A stretch of 64,000 bases of DNA from Mobula hypostoma (taxonomy: Eukaryota), in NCBI RefSeq assembly GCF_963921235.1, contig NC_086097.1:73968001-74032000 (forward strand). The letters are read 5' to 3'. A program made the translations under genes and the position numbers. The number at the start of each line of letters is the position of its first letter. Position 1 is the first letter of the stretch. Positions 61,897 through 64,000 of this stretch are shown here, in pieces. The notes below the pieces were generated by a model. The model was not told the DNA's origin and did no database searches. It worked only from the letters and a program-made list of their open reading frames with translations.

Positions 61897-63449
61897 CTGA
61901 AAGAAAATAAATCACAAATTAATTCAAGAAAACAAATGCAGGGATGACATTGATTTCACTGAAAATTATTTTGGATGCTGCAGGACCTCATCGGGCAGCT
62001 GAAGAGTCTGTACTGCTTATGCGAGGGCACACATACAAAACTGATCATTCTGCAAGATTAACTGGAGAAGTGCAGTGAGGTTGCTGCAAAGCATTTGTTG
62101 ATTTTACTGGTATTTAAATTTTATTTTGTAGCAAAGGTGTACTTGTACTAAGACAGCTCATGAGAAAAGCCTCCTTATCTGAGATTTTAGGTTGTACTAT
62201 TTAAACACATATGGAAATATCATTTAACTTGTATGCAATACAGCGTCTCAATGCAAGTGTAAATGTTAACAGCAGAGTGTCATCTAGCATTCGTCCAATT
62301 CTATGCTTACTCTTGCCAGGAATTCTGACTGCTGTTTTCCCTTTCTGTAAACTAATTTGAATAATTGGACACCCACTGTTAACCCTCTGAGATCAAATAA
62401 CTTAACATCTACCAGGAACCAAATATAGGTCTTCTCAGAACCACGTCATCAGTGACAGCCACAAGACTCTGAAATAAAGGTTATTTCTGTGCAGATAGTA
62501 TCTATATTACAGTGATAGCTTCAAACCTCTAATTGCACTTTTACCTATTGCTATTTATTTAATGTATTTCTATTGATACCATTTATTTCTCAATGGTTTA
62601 AGAACTTTGCACATTTAACAGACTTGATGAATGTCTTTGTTATGAACGTACCTGTCAGGACTTAAATATAAACTACTATAATTCGGAAGAGGATTTCAGA
62701 GGAAGAGTGTATATATCTTTGACAATTAATACACCCCCGAAGATGCTTCAAAGTTAAAAAGCCAATTCTGAGTTTGAACTGTATCTGAGACCAAGCCAGT
62801 CACCAATTCCCGTTGATACAATATTGTGGTAATTCTGGAAGGATGTTTGATAGTTTCCACTTTAACTCGGCAGATATATGGTCAACTAATTTTTTCAACT
62901 TCATCCTAACAAATTATGCTGCTACTTTAATGGATGCAGTTGCAAAAATATTCACCTTTAATATCTGACCCCCGTACAAGGAGTTTAGCCTTAAAAACCA
63001 GGTTCCCTCATCAATGAGATAACTGATGTATGGTCTTCCATATTTTACCTGTACCCCATATCCTGTAACACCTTGAAGAGGAAGCATCCATCAAAATCAG
63101 ATATAAAGTGAACAAATGATGCTGAAAAATCTGCTGATTCTTGAACAGCGATCAAAATATTTTACCACATAAAACATGTTCAAATGTCTCATTACATCCT
63201 TCCTGAAGAAAGCAGCTCCAATCTTGAGACAGTACTTGAAAGTCCAACAGAGACTAACATAAACTTGATGCTAACATAAGCTAACAGTACTTCATTTAAA
63301 AGCACTTTGCAGCCCTTTGCAACACACTATCAAATTGGATAACTTCAGGTAACTATTTTTTCCAGTTTGCATCACAACTGGACAGTTCTGGTGCATGCTC
63401 ATCTGGAATGTTAATCTACTTTTTCTCTTCGCTATAGACTGTCTAATCT

Positions 63450-64000
63450 GTAAGGCATTTCCATTACTCATGATAGACTGGGCCATACCCACTACTTTTT
63501 GTAGGAGTTTATGTTTAAGGGCATCGGTATTTCCAGACCAGTCTATGATGCAACCAGTCAGTATACTCTCTACTTCGCATCTATAGAAGTTTGTCAAAGT
63601 CTTAGATAACATGCTGAACCTTCACAAACATCTAAGAAAGTAGAGGTGCTGCTATGCACTCTTTGTAATGGCACTTACATGCTGGACGCAGGACAGATCC
63701 TCTGAAATATAATACCAAGGAATTTAAAGTTGCTGACCCTCTCCACCTCTGATCCTCTGATGAGGACTGGCTCATGGACTTCCGGTTTCCTCCACCTGCA
63801 GTCAATAATCAGCTCTTTGGTCTTGCTGACATTGAGTGAAAGGCTGTTGTTCTGGCACCACTCAGCTAGATTTTCAATCTCACTCCTATATGCTGATTCA
63901 TTACCACCATTGATCCAGTCAAAGAGAGTGGTGTCATCAGCAGACTTAAATATGTCATTGGAGTGGTGCTTAGCCTCACAGTCATAAGTATAAGTGAGTA
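63450..64000 (-). mobile_element. Rex1/Babar-type LINE RT fragment (continues past the window end)
   Basis: SKTLTNFYRCEVESILTGCI..W; minus-strand KSADDTL..G and NNLSLNVSKTKELIID motifs. Confidence 0.8.

Noticed and set aside
62640..62700. Donor-like CAG|GTACGT as an upstream DPH6 exon end
   Set aside because: The required phase-1 frame has a TAA a few codons upstream and there is no good acceptor.
1..64000. CRISPR arrays, operons, rRNA/tRNA genes, other short ORFs in the track
   Set aside because: This is eukaryotic intronic DNA with no repeat-spacer arrays or structural RNA genes seen; the remaining short ORFs are TE fragments, antisense frames or random.

Overview
AT-rich vertebrate genomic DNA, most likely from a cartilaginous fish (probably a ray). 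This is inferred from the repeat content: CR1/HER1-like LINEs, V-SINEs, Rex1/Babar tails and Penelope-type inverted repeats. The window lies inside the large-intron 3' half of a long-form DPH6 gene on the minus strand. Four phase-compatible GT-AG exons (61774-61896, 61026-61155, 48443-48617, 12844-13089) encode most of two tandem RidA/YjgF-like domains. The introns hold many nested transposons. The main observations are: (1) a complete Mag-type Ty3/Gypsy LTR element (1425-6173; both LTRs, PBS, PPT, 5-bp TSD) whose RT, RNase H and most of integrase are replaced by an intronless SUDS3 cDNA, itself later split by a Tigger element; (2) a 544-bp RTE-derived element (40282-40825, 10-bp TSD) carrying a 177-bp circularly permuted fragment of ZFTRAF1/CYHR1 coding sequence; (3) a tight cluster of DR2 retinoic-acid response elements at 20191-20331; (4) an intact full-length L1 (52200-58108, 11-bp TSD). 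Gene and repeat identities come from my recall of homologous sequences and hand alignment, not database searches. Boundaries of old repeats are approximate.
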